Both the position numbers and the translations under genes were made by a program. 53,677 nt of DNA from a virus: the IMG/VR virus record IMGVR_UViG_3300045988_182168, positions 1-53,677 of that record, one strand, 5' to 3'. Below, in pieces: positions 46,080-53,677 of the stretch; position 1 is the first letter of the stretch; each line of letters opens with the position of its first letter. Below the pieces are notes generated by a model. The model had not been told where the DNA came from. It saw only the letters and a program-made list of their open reading frames with translations, and did not search any database.

Positions 46080-46217
46080 TTAATATATTATTGAATGTAT
46101 TATATTTATAATTCCTATTATGAAAAAGATGATCCATAATATTTTTGTATTTTTTGCTTGTTTTAATATTAATACTGCTATAATTAATTGTATTAAAATT
46201 AATATTGTAAATATCAT
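46080..46217 (-). CDS. 45-aa very hydrophobic peptide
   Basis: Minus-strand AAGGAGG, then a spacer, then ATG. Hand translation: MIFTILILIQLIIAVLILKQAKNTKILWIIFFIIGIINIIHSIIY. Confidence 0.4.
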   Translation of the reverse strand: MIFTILILIQLIIAVLILKQAKNTKILWIIFFIIGIINIIHSIIY

Positions 46218-46732
46218 GTTTAATTTTCCTCCTTAATTTTAATTGTGTATAAACTTTTATATATTTGAAAGAAGTAATATGTCAAATGTAAGAGGGGATT
46301 TTATTCCCTCCTACTTGCCCATAGCATGATAATCCATGTTATGATTTGACACATCACTTCTAATATGTCTATGTTATCACCTCCATGTATTTCTATTATT
46401 ATATTGTACTGCATAGTATATAAAGGTTTCTATTTTTTTAATTAAAAATATCAATACATTTTAATAACAAAAAAAGATAAAAAATATTCATTATAAAAAT
46501 GAACAATAATCTAACAGTTCACAAAACTAATTAAACACCAAAATTTAGAACACATTGTGTTTCATTTTTTCATACTGAATAATGTTTAGTGTTTTATTAT
46601 TTTCATTGAATATACTGTATTTTTAAGGTTTATTTTTTGAATAGAAACATTTATATTAACTTATAACATAAATATAAAAACAAGAACCACATTTAGAAAA
46701 TGAAAATATAATCTTTTGGAGGATAGATAATA

Positions 46733-47533
46733 ATGAATTCATTAAGAAAAAATTTTAATGAATATATACAAATAATGGATAATCATGATATGTATAATGA
46801 AAGTGTTATTAATATTGATAGTTGTAATTTTTTAACCCCAACAATTATTGCCCCATTAATAAGCTTAATGTATAATTATAATAAAAAAATAAAAAACCAT
46901 GAAAATCCTGTTGTTGAGGATTATTTTAATAAAGCAGTAGGCATAACAAAACCTAAAGACACAACTTTACCTTTCAGATTTTTGGATGAAGCCACTGATA
47001 ATTCAGAAGAGTTAACTAAAGAAATATTAAATATTATTAAACCAGCTAAAGAAGAAACACAAGCTTTAAAATATTTATTTCATGAAGTAATAAGTAATGT
47101 TTATGATCATTCAGAGTTTGATAATGGTTTTGTAATAGGTCAAACATATCCAACCCCCAACATTACTGATTTTTCATTTATGGATAATGGGATAAGTATT
47201 CCAGGGTCACTTAAAGAATTTAACATACCTTTTAAGAATGATTGTGATGCAATTATTAAAGCTATAAATGGAGAATCAACTAAAACTGATCCAGTAGGTT
47301 ATGTTGAAAGAGGAACTGGATTAAATAGTGTGATTAATATTGTCACTCGTGGAGCTAGAGGTTCAGTACTCATTGCTTCAGGTAAAGGTTTAATTGAAAT
47401 AAATAGAAATAGAATATTTTCAAAAGAAATTCCCCAAGATTATATTAAGGGGACATTAGTTAATTTAAGATTACATAATAATAGAAAAATTGATATTTAT
47501 GAGCATATGGGACATGTTGAATATGTATTATGA
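46733..47533 (+). CDS. GHKL (histidine-kinase-like) ATPase, RsbW/SpoIIAB-like
   Basis: N-box 'HEVISNVYDH', G1 'DNGISIPG', G2 'GTGLNSV'. GGAGG SD. Confidence 0.7.
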   Translation: MNSLRKNFNEYIQIMDNHDMYNESVINIDSCNFLTPTIIAPLISLMYNYNKKIKNHENPVVEDYFNKAVGITKPKDTTLPFRFLDEATDNSEELTKEILNIIKPAKEETQALKYLFHEVISNVYDHSEFDNGFVIGQTYPTPNITDFSFMDNGISIPGSLKEFNIPFKNDCDAIIKAINGESTKTDPVGYVERGTGLNSVINIVTRGARGSVLIASGKGLIEINRNRIFSKEIPQDYIKGTLVNLRLHNNRKIDIYEHMGHVEYVL

Positions 47534-47575
47534 ATTTATAATTGAAAATAAAATTTATGTGGATGGTGATAAAAA

Positions 47576-47839
47576 ATGAATGAAATTGAGATTTTATTAG
47601 AAAAAGAAATTGATTCAGATTTAGGATCAAGAAATAAAATTGAAGAATTATATAAGAATATTGATTCTAATGTTTCAAAAGTTGTGATGAATTTTAAAGG
47701 AGTAGAATTTATGGGAAGGAGTTTTGCTCAAGAATATTTAAATCAAAAACATAGTGCTTCTTTTGAAGTGGTGGAGGTTAATGTTCCTGATGATGTTCAA
47801 AAATTATTTAATGTTATTTTAAAATTAAATGGATTATAA
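47576..47839 (+). CDS. STAS-like small protein (DUF4325-like)
   Basis: 87 aa. 'KVVMNFKGVEFMGRSFAQEY' resembles the STAS-like DUF4325 core that I recall pairing with GHKL ATPases. Confidence 0.55.
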   Translation: MNEIEILLEKEIDSDLGSRNKIEELYKNIDSNVSKVVMNFKGVEFMGRSFAQEYLNQKHSASFEVVEVNVPDDVQKLFNVILKLNGL

Positions 47840-47906
47840 AAAGTTAATGTTGTTACAAATTGTAGCCAATTAGAAAAAAATAATATGTGTGGGGGATTGT
47901 TGAAAA

Positions 47907-49118
47907 ATGGATGAAAATATACAAGATTTTCCAGAAAGTCCTTTTGAACCATGGAGACCAGTATCTCCAGATAAGTTTAAAGGAAGAAAAAAAGACATTA
48001 GTAAAATCACTAGATATTTACCAAAAGTTAAAAATCAAGGAACACCAGAACATTTTTTTATAACTGGAAAAAGAGGAATGGGTAAAACATCTTTTATAAA
48101 TTATGTTTCAAGAAGAGTGGAAGAAGATTTTCAAATGATTCCCATCCATATTAACAATAGTGGAGGGAAAACTATTGATGAGTTAATACAAAAGTTACTT
48201 GATGAATTATTAATGGAATTTAAAAAGGATTACTTAGGTAAAAGTATAATTGATAAGATTTTGAATAATATTAATGAATTCAAAGTTGCAGGGACTGGGG
48301 TGTCTTTAAAAGAAAATAATAGTATAATTAAGAATATTAAAAAGCATTTTGCAGATTTTTTAATAACTACTTGTAAAGAATTGCCTGAAGATTATGGGAT
48401 ATTTATAGTTATTGATGATCTTAATGGTTTATCTGAGAATGAAAAGTTTACAGATTGGTATAAAGGATTATTTGAAACATTAACTTTTAATGATTATCAT
48501 ATTCCAATCGTGTTTACTTTAATAAGTTATCCTCATGAATTTGACAAATTATGTTTAATTAATGAATCTTTTTCTAGAATGTTTCATTTAATAGAAATTG
48601 ATAACTTAGAAGATTATGATATTGAAGATTTTTTTAAAACTTCATTTAATAATGTGGGGATTGAGTTTGAAGATGGGTATAAATCTATAGAACCTATGGT
48701 TTATTTTTCATGGGGTATGCCTTTAATAATGCAACAAATAGGGGATTCTATTTTTTGGAATGCTCAAGATAATTTAAAAATAAATGAAGATGTGGTGTCT
48801 TTAGGTATTGTTGATGCAACTGATGAATTAGGGAAAAAACAATTAAAATCAAAATTAAATAAAATTAGGAGTGATACATATTTAGATATATTTCTTAAAT
48901 TGGGTGATAAAAGGTTAATGACTTTTAAAAAATCGGAGGTAAAAGATTTTTTGACAATTGATGAAAATAGAGTTTTCAATGATTTTTTAAAGAGAGCTAA
49001 AGAACTTGAGATAATAGAGTCTATTGGTAGAAATAATAGTGGGGAATATGGTTTTGTAAATAGATTATATTTCACATATTTCATGATGTTATCAAATGTT
49101 AAAAATCTAAAAAAATAG
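47907..49118 (+). CDS. AAA/STAND-like ATPase (archaeal ATPase / ORC-Cdc6-like) with C-terminal wHTH-like region
   Basis: 'FKGRKKDI...FFITGKRGMGKTSFINY' Walker A and 'IFIVIDDLNGL' Walker B. Confidence 0.7.
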   Translation: MDENIQDFPESPFEPWRPVSPDKFKGRKKDISKITRYLPKVKNQGTPEHFFITGKRGMGKTSFINYVSRRVEEDFQMIPIHINNSGGKTIDELIQKLLDELLMEFKKDYLGKSIIDKILNNINEFKVAGTGVSLKENNSIIKNIKKHFADFLITTCKELPEDYGIFIVIDDLNGLSENEKFTDWYKGLFETLTFNDYHIPIVFTLISYPHEFDKLCLINESFSRMFHLIEIDNLEDYDIEDFFKTSFNNVGIEFEDGYKSIEPMVYFSWGMPLIMQQIGDSIFWNAQDNLKINEDVVSLGIVDATDELGKKQLKSKLNKIRSDTYLDIFLKLGDKRLMTFKKSEVKDFLTIDENRVFNDFLKRAKELEIIESIGRNNSGEYGFVNRLYFTYFMMLSNVKNLKK

Positions 49119-49157
49119 AAGAACAATTAAATGCAAAATAAGTAAATTATGTATAAA

Positions 49158-49199
49158 GTGTAGGTGGTCGTAGGAATGGCAGTTCCTCACACCTAACAC
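49158..49199. other. double-stem hairpin with TGGCAG loop (copy 1)
   Basis: Outer GTGTAGGTG/CACCTaACAC, inner AGGAA-TGGCAG-TTCCT. Shares the 12-mer GAATGGCAGTTC with 50955-50994. Confidence 0.6.
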
Positions 49200-49316
49200 T
49201 GGCTACGATAAAAAAAGTCTAACATAACAAGTGAGAAAATTTTTAGTAACCACTTTTATTTATAGTGTTGGTGAGTATATAATAATTACTAATATTATTT
49301 AAAAAAAGTTAAAAGT

Positions 49317-49478
49317 TTATTCTAATTTTTTCACTTTAATTTCTTGAGTATTCAAGTCTAATTCCCATTCTACTTCATCTCCTTTTTGTAATGAGAGAGC
49401 GTCCCTAATTGTTTTTGGGATTGAAGTAGTCAATGATCCTGCTACGGATTGGACTTTTGTTGTATATTTCAATTTCAT
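49317..49478 (-). CDS. AbrB/MazE/SpoVT-type DNA-binding protein (53 aa)
   Basis: Hand translation MKLKYTTKVQSVAGSLTTSIPKTIRDALSLQKGDEVEWELDLNTQEIKVKKLE. 'SLTTSIPKTIRDALSLQKGDEVEW' is the looped-hinge-helix signature. GGAG SD. Confidence 0.6.
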   Translation of the reverse strand: MKLKYTTKVQSVAGSLTTSIPKTIRDALSLQKGDEVEWELDLNTQEIKVKKLE

Positions 49479-49535
49479 ACACTCCATTATATTTATAATT
49501 ATATTTATAATTATAATATTATATATAGATTTCTA

Positions 49536-50907
49536 ATATATTTGTCACTTTCAAAAACTTGTGTGATTTGAATTTTCACTAGTTTTTGAGTCACGAATTT
49601 TTTTCGTTCTATTTTTTCTTTATTTTTAATTTAAAAGCAGTAAAATTAATATATTAAGTGGAGCTAATATATTAATATGTCTAGTATCAAAATAAAAGCT
49701 CCATATGAATTTATGGAGTCAAAACAATTTAAACTTTTCGATTTTGTTCCTGAGTTTTCTGAATTCCGTCAATTTGATGATCTTTCTCGATTTGGTTGCG
49801 AAAATATTGAGAATAATCTTATCAGATTGGAAAAAAGAGGTAAAATACATTTTGAGAATAGAGTTGCAATTTGTCCATCTTGTAAATCACATAATGCTGT
49901 TAAAAATGGTACTTATGAACGTAAACTTATTTTTTTAAGAATTGGAGAACAAATTTGCACTATTCAAAAATATAAGTGCATAAAATGCGGTAAAGTCTTT
50001 TATACTGATTTATTATCTCTTGTTTATTCTAATTCAAATATTACATTGCCTGTTATTGAATGTATTGAGAATTTATATCAAATTTATGGAGCAGGGCTCC
50101 ATAAAATACGATTTGATTTAAAACAACAACATAACATCGAAATCTCACATCAAAGCATTGAAAACATCTTATTGAACTCTAATTATCAATTTAACTATGA
50201 TAATTGGACTTATTCTGGATATTACTTATTTGATAGTCTTTGGGTTAAAATTAATGGTGAATGGAATTATATTTTAGCCTTATTCGACGTTAAATTGAAT
50301 ACTCTCGTTTCCGTCAAATTGGTCGAATCAGAAGATTCTAAGACCATTTATCAATTTTTAAACGAATCTCTAAGAAATCAGAAAAAAATATCAATAGGCA
50401 CAGACTTAAAACACGAATATCGTGAAGCCATCGATAAATTAAAAGTAAAACACAATTTCTGCAAATTTCACGTGAAACAAGCAGTAAACAAAAGATTTAA
50501 AGATTACTTTGACAAAAATCCATTATCTGAAGACGAAAAAGACATATTAAATTGTTTAAAACAGGACATTTATAAAATATTGGATGCAAAAGACTTAAAT
50601 ACTGCTAAAGAACTTAGAAACGAATTAATAAACAAAAAATATACAAAAAACAAGTTCACAAACAAAATTCTTTGGAAATTCATCATTCCTTACTTCAAAA
50701 AATTAACGACACACCTGGAAAACACGAACATCCCATCAACAAACAATAAAATCGAAAATATCTTCCAAAAAGTATTCCCAAAACACATAAAAAGAACAAT
50801 GAAAATAGAACAAGGACTTCTAGCCAGATTCATGCTAAAACTAAATTATTGGAATTTAAACAATGAAAAAGAAAAAAATCACACAAGTTTTTGAAAGAGC
50901 CATATAT
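49536..50907 (+). mobile_element. insertion sequence (~1.37 kb) with terminal inverted repeats
   Basis: Perfect 22-bp inverted core, CTTTCAAAAACTTGTGTGATTT at 49548-49569 versus 50876-50897, extended imperfectly to ATATAT ends. Possible TTCTA flanking duplication (49531-49535, 50908-50912). Single transposase ORF. Confidence 0.75.
49677..50894 (+). CDS. transposase (zinc-finger N-terminus, DDE-like core)
   Basis: 'CPSCKSHN...KCIKCGKVF'. Candidate acidic residues in 'LFDSLWV', 'IGTDLKHEY' and 'NNKIENIFQK'. The 3' end runs into the right inverted repeat. Confidence 0.7.
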   Translation: MSSIKIKAPYEFMESKQFKLFDFVPEFSEFRQFDDLSRFGCENIENNLIRLEKRGKIHFENRVAICPSCKSHNAVKNGTYERKLIFLRIGEQICTIQKYKCIKCGKVFYTDLLSLVYSNSNITLPVIECIENLYQIYGAGLHKIRFDLKQQHNIEISHQSIENILLNSNYQFNYDNWTYSGYYLFDSLWVKINGEWNYILALFDVKLNTLVSVKLVESEDSKTIYQFLNESLRNQKKISIGTDLKHEYREAIDKLKVKHNFCKFHVKQAVNKRFKDYFDKNPLSEDEKDILNCLKQDIYKILDAKDLNTAKELRNELINKKYTKNKFTNKILWKFIIPYFKKLTTHLENTNIPSTNNKIENIFQKVFPKHIKRTMKIEQGLLARFMLKLNYWNLNNEKEKNHTSF

Positions 50908-50954
50908 TTCTATATACAAAACTTTATATACTTTAAAAACAAAGTAGTAAATAA

Positions 50955-50994
50955 CAAGTTGAAATTCAGAATGGCAGTTCTGAAACAAAACTTG
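50955..50994. other. double-stem hairpin with TGGCAG loop (copy 2)
   Basis: Outer CAAGTT/AACTTG, inner TCAGAA-TGGCAG-TTCTGA. Confidence 0.6.
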
Positions 50995-51010
50995 AAAAAA
51001 TTCATAACAA

Positions 51011-51157
51011 ATGATAAAAATGGATAAGATTGAAGTTTTTGGAAGGTTAACTTCCAAAGAAGAAATTGAACATGTATTTTTAAAAGCGAAAAAACTTCAG
51101 GCTCAAAACAGAGTCTATGAAGAAGAACTCCAAAAATTCAGGAGTGTGGGCGTATGA
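51011..51157 (+). CDS. small hypothetical early protein (48 aa)
   Basis: Hand translation MIKMDKIEVFGRL...FRSVGV. The stop overlaps the next ATG (ATGA). Confidence 0.35.
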   Translation: MIKMDKIEVFGRLTSKEEIEHVFLKAKKLQAQNRVYEEELQKFRSVGV

Positions 51158-51378
51158 GTTGCAAATACAACAACTCAATGTATACGATTACTCCACCTGA
51201 AGATGAGGTCGAGTTTGATTATCTTGAACAGATATTATTGTCTGAAGATTATGAAACCCAGGAAGAAATAGATCATAGGTTGGCTGATGAATATAAGCAA
51301 TTTCAAATCTATGAATTGTCTGATGAGCAAATGTTGGAGTTTGTTCGTGCAGGTGAACTAGCTTACGGGGGTAAATGA
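51154..51378 (+). CDS. strongly acidic small protein
   Basis: 74-aa ORF rich in Asp/Glu. Confidence 0.45.
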   Translation: MSCKYNNSMYTITPPEDEVEFDYLEQILLSEDYETQEEIDHRLADEYKQFQIYELSDEQMLEFVRAGELAYGGK

Positions 51379-51654
51379 ATGTTCACTCCTGAATTTTGGA
51401 AAAATGAAAACAAAATTGGTAATGCCTTATACAGGATCAACCAGTCACCTTACAAGGATTACTGTGAAATAGATGAACTGTTCGTTTTTCTAGCACAGGA
51501 ATATCCTGAACAAAGAGAATTGTTCGAAACATTATATGCTGAGTATGCAGAGTATGTTGAAGAACAAACTAGATTAAGGGAATTGAAAAATTTCCTTAAT
51601 ACTCCGGGTATGAAAAAAGAAGTTAAGTATAAAGTGTTGGAGGCTCGATTATGA
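51379..51654 (+). CDS. hypothetical early protein
   Basis: 91-aa ORF starting directly after the previous stop. Confidence 0.45.
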   Translation: MFTPEFWKNENKIGNALYRINQSPYKDYCEIDELFVFLAQEYPEQRELFETLYAEYAEYVEEQTRLRELKNFLNTPGMKKEVKYKVLEARL

Positions 51655-51830
51655 GTCTCTTCCATAAAACTCCTACTCCAGTTCGACTTCATAAAAAAGT
51701 GTCCTGGAGAGAAAAATATGAAGTTGAAATAATCTTTGCAAAAGGAATAATTTTAATAATTTTATTATTCATTTTTGCATTCTGTATTGTGGGACAGATG
51801 GATCCCTACACTAATGGGTGTTTAGTATGA
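51651..51830 (+). CDS. small membrane-anchored protein (59 aa)
   Basis: ATGA overlaps at both ends. 'GIILIILLFIFAFCIV' is a hydrophobic segment. Below the ORF-track cutoff. Confidence 0.4.
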   Translation: MSLFHKTPTPVRLHKKVSWREKYEVEIIFAKGIILIILLFIFAFCIVGQMDPYTNGCLV

Positions 51831-52192
51831 TTACTTATGATCAGCAAAACAGGTTTTACAATCAGGCATTGGAAATTGTTGAAAAAATGGGTGGACGTAT
51901 TTCTGCTCATGGAAACTTACATGGTATTTTCTTATCTGTAATTGTTTTTCATGACAGTACTTATGAGAAAACACGTGATATTATGAATACTTTACAGGAA
52001 TTGTGTGGGGGGGAAATACATTATCATGATTACTGGGTGTCAAAAGGTTTCATTCCACACTCTCAAGCATCTTTGGAGAATATTGAGGAATCTAAAGTGT
52101 TGGAGATTATTGGTGAGTTACAGGATGATGAGTATTACAGTATTGATGATGAATACCATGATTTAGATGATGGGGGTATTATAAATGGGTGA
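51827..52192 (+). CDS. hypothetical early protein
   Basis: ATG 51827, ATGA-coupled, in frame with tracked ORF 51818-52192. Confidence 0.45.
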   Translation: MITYDQQNRFYNQALEIVEKMGGRISAHGNLHGIFLSVIVFHDSTYEKTRDIMNTLQELCGGEIHYHDYWVSKGFIPHSQASLENIEESKVLEIIGELQDDEYYSIDDEYHDLDDGGIING

Positions 52193-52832
52193 AGTTCAGG
52201 ATTTAAGTCATAATATATGTAGTATGAGTATTTATGAAAAATTAGCTAGGATACAGGAAGAAGTAATGAATACTTCATTTAGTAAGAGTGGGGAGAATAA
52301 GTTTCAGAAGTATGATTATTTTGAGTTGGAGGATCTTCTTCAAAAAATCATACCTTTAACTATTAAATATGAAACAACCATCATGTTTAGTTTTACTGAG
52401 CATGGTGTGTTAAAGTTAAAAGATTGGAATCCTGAGAAAGGTGAGGTTAGTATCAGGGTACCGTTCCCTGAACTTGAAGCAATTAACAGGGGTACTAATA
52501 AAATTCAGTCTACTGGGGCATACATCACTTATTTAAAGAGATATCTGTTGATGAACATGTTTCTTATTATGGAGAAGGATATTGTAGATTCAAACACTAA
52601 TAATGCGGGTGTAAAAAAGGAAACTAATACATCTAAAAAAGAAGTTTCTGATAGTGATCCAGTGCAAAAGGTTATGGGGTATATTCATAGTAAGGATAAA
52701 ACAATTGAGATTACTCCTTTAATGGTTAATCAGAATCGTATGAAGATGGTGAAATCTGGTGATTTAACTAAAGATGAATCTAAAATAGTTTTTGAATGGT
52801 TTAAAAAACAGGAGAAGGAGGCTAAAACATAA
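52185..52832 (+). CDS. ERF-family single-strand annealing protein (putative)
   Basis: 'FQKYDYFELEDLLQKIIPL...' and 'IQSTGAYITYLKRYLLMNMFLI' resemble the ERF 'Y-x-Y...G-x-x-x-TY-x-x-RY' pattern. Confidence 0.55.
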   Translation: MGEVQDLSHNICSMSIYEKLARIQEEVMNTSFSKSGENKFQKYDYFELEDLLQKIIPLTIKYETTIMFSFTEHGVLKLKDWNPEKGEVSIRVPFPELEAINRGTNKIQSTGAYITYLKRYLLMNMFLIMEKDIVDSNTNNAGVKKETNTSKKEVSDSDPVQKVMGYIHSKDKTIEITPLMVNQNRMKMVKSGDLTKDESKIVFEWFKKQEKEAKT

Positions 52833-52852
52833 CCTCCAATAATCCTGTTTGT

Positions 52853-53011
52853 GTGAGGTTAGTTTTCGCACAATTTAAAGCATCAGGCAGTACTGGTAGT
52901 AATACTGTGAATTATGATGATGTGGATGGTTGGTGGTGTAGCTGTGAAGACTTTCACTACCGTAAACATGAGTGTAAACATATAAGAGAATGTAAAAAGA
53001 TTTTGAGGTGA
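52853..53011 (+). CDS. SWIM zinc-finger small protein, start uncertain
   Basis: 'WWCSCEDFHYRKHECKH' fits the CxC...CxH SWIM signature. The frame is open from 52826, only a GTG start (52853) is available, and there is no SD. Confidence 0.4.
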   Translation: MRLVFAQFKASGSTGSNTVNYDDVDGWWCSCEDFHYRKHECKHIRECKKILR

Positions 53012-53484
53012 TTTATAATGGGTAGTAGATGTCATTTTCCAAAGGAGTATAGAGTATCTGCAAGAGTCACTGGGAAAACTTATAGATTACTAAAAGAAAT
53101 ACCGTACTCTTATGGGGAAATTTTAGCATTTGGAGCAGATTATATGGCTTCTGAAATTCAGAGGCTTAAATGGGAAAAAGGAGAATTGGAAGTGGATATT
53201 GAAGATTTAAAAAAACAGCTTCATGAAAAGAAAGGACATCTAAAAGCTGTTAATAATCGTTTAAGATTTAAATCTCCACAATCCTTAAATCCTGATGAAT
53301 TGCAGGAATTAATTCAAGATGCTGCTAAAGAGTATGCTGATGAAGTGTATGATACTCATAAAGAGAATAGTCTTGAGAGAATTAAAAATGAAAAAATTCA
53401 AATGAGTGTTCATAGAACTGCTAGAGGGTGGGGTTATGATCCTAATGAATTTTTAAAATGGGTGATATTTTATTTAAATGAAAA

Positions 53485-53677
<193 letters not shown>

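Noticed and set aside
50830-51057. Minus-strand ORF across the right IS end
   Set aside because: It spans the IS inverted repeat and the hairpin, has no SD, and gives a low-complexity product.

Overview
Visibly AT-rich 53.7-kb window, coded almost entirely on the plus strand. It reads as the complete genome of a tailed virus, or excised provirus, of a pseudomurein-walled methanogen (Methanobacteriales type). The host inference rests on a PeiW/PeiP-like pseudomurein endoisopeptidase, the AT richness, SD-type ribosome-binding sites and an archaeal-looking IS. No host housekeeping genes are visible. Both edges carry an identical (ATT)23 tract, which suggests a circular or terminally redundant molecule.

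Gene order:
- 126-2500: small early/regulatory genes.
- 2758-5444: three-gene ABC-3C-like conflict module (HNH, middle component, ABC ATPase).
- 5536-7032: repeat-bounded cassette with a tRNA-Trp, a degenerate tRNA-like element and small membrane proteins.
- 7313-39057: morphogenesis block. It encodes terminase, portal, a MuF protein with a C-terminal JAMM domain, an HK97-type protease and capsid, a PBSX-like contractile tail with baseplate, and several HxH-motif fibres.
- 39092-41376: acyltransferase-3 and the Pei lysin.
- 42650-45975: lysogeny/accessory region with a tyrosine integrase, decayed fragments of a second integrase and second RHH gene, and a HEPN-like gene.
- 46733-49118: GHKL-ATPase / STAS-like / AAA-STAND-like ATPase trio.
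- 49317-50907: AbrB-like gene and a 1.37-kb IS.
- 51011-53539: early recombination genes (ERF-like, SWIM), ending in an iteron-like repeat cluster next to the ATT tract.

All functional calls come from motifs read by eye and remembered family signatures. No database search was possible, so each needs HMM/BLAST confirmation.
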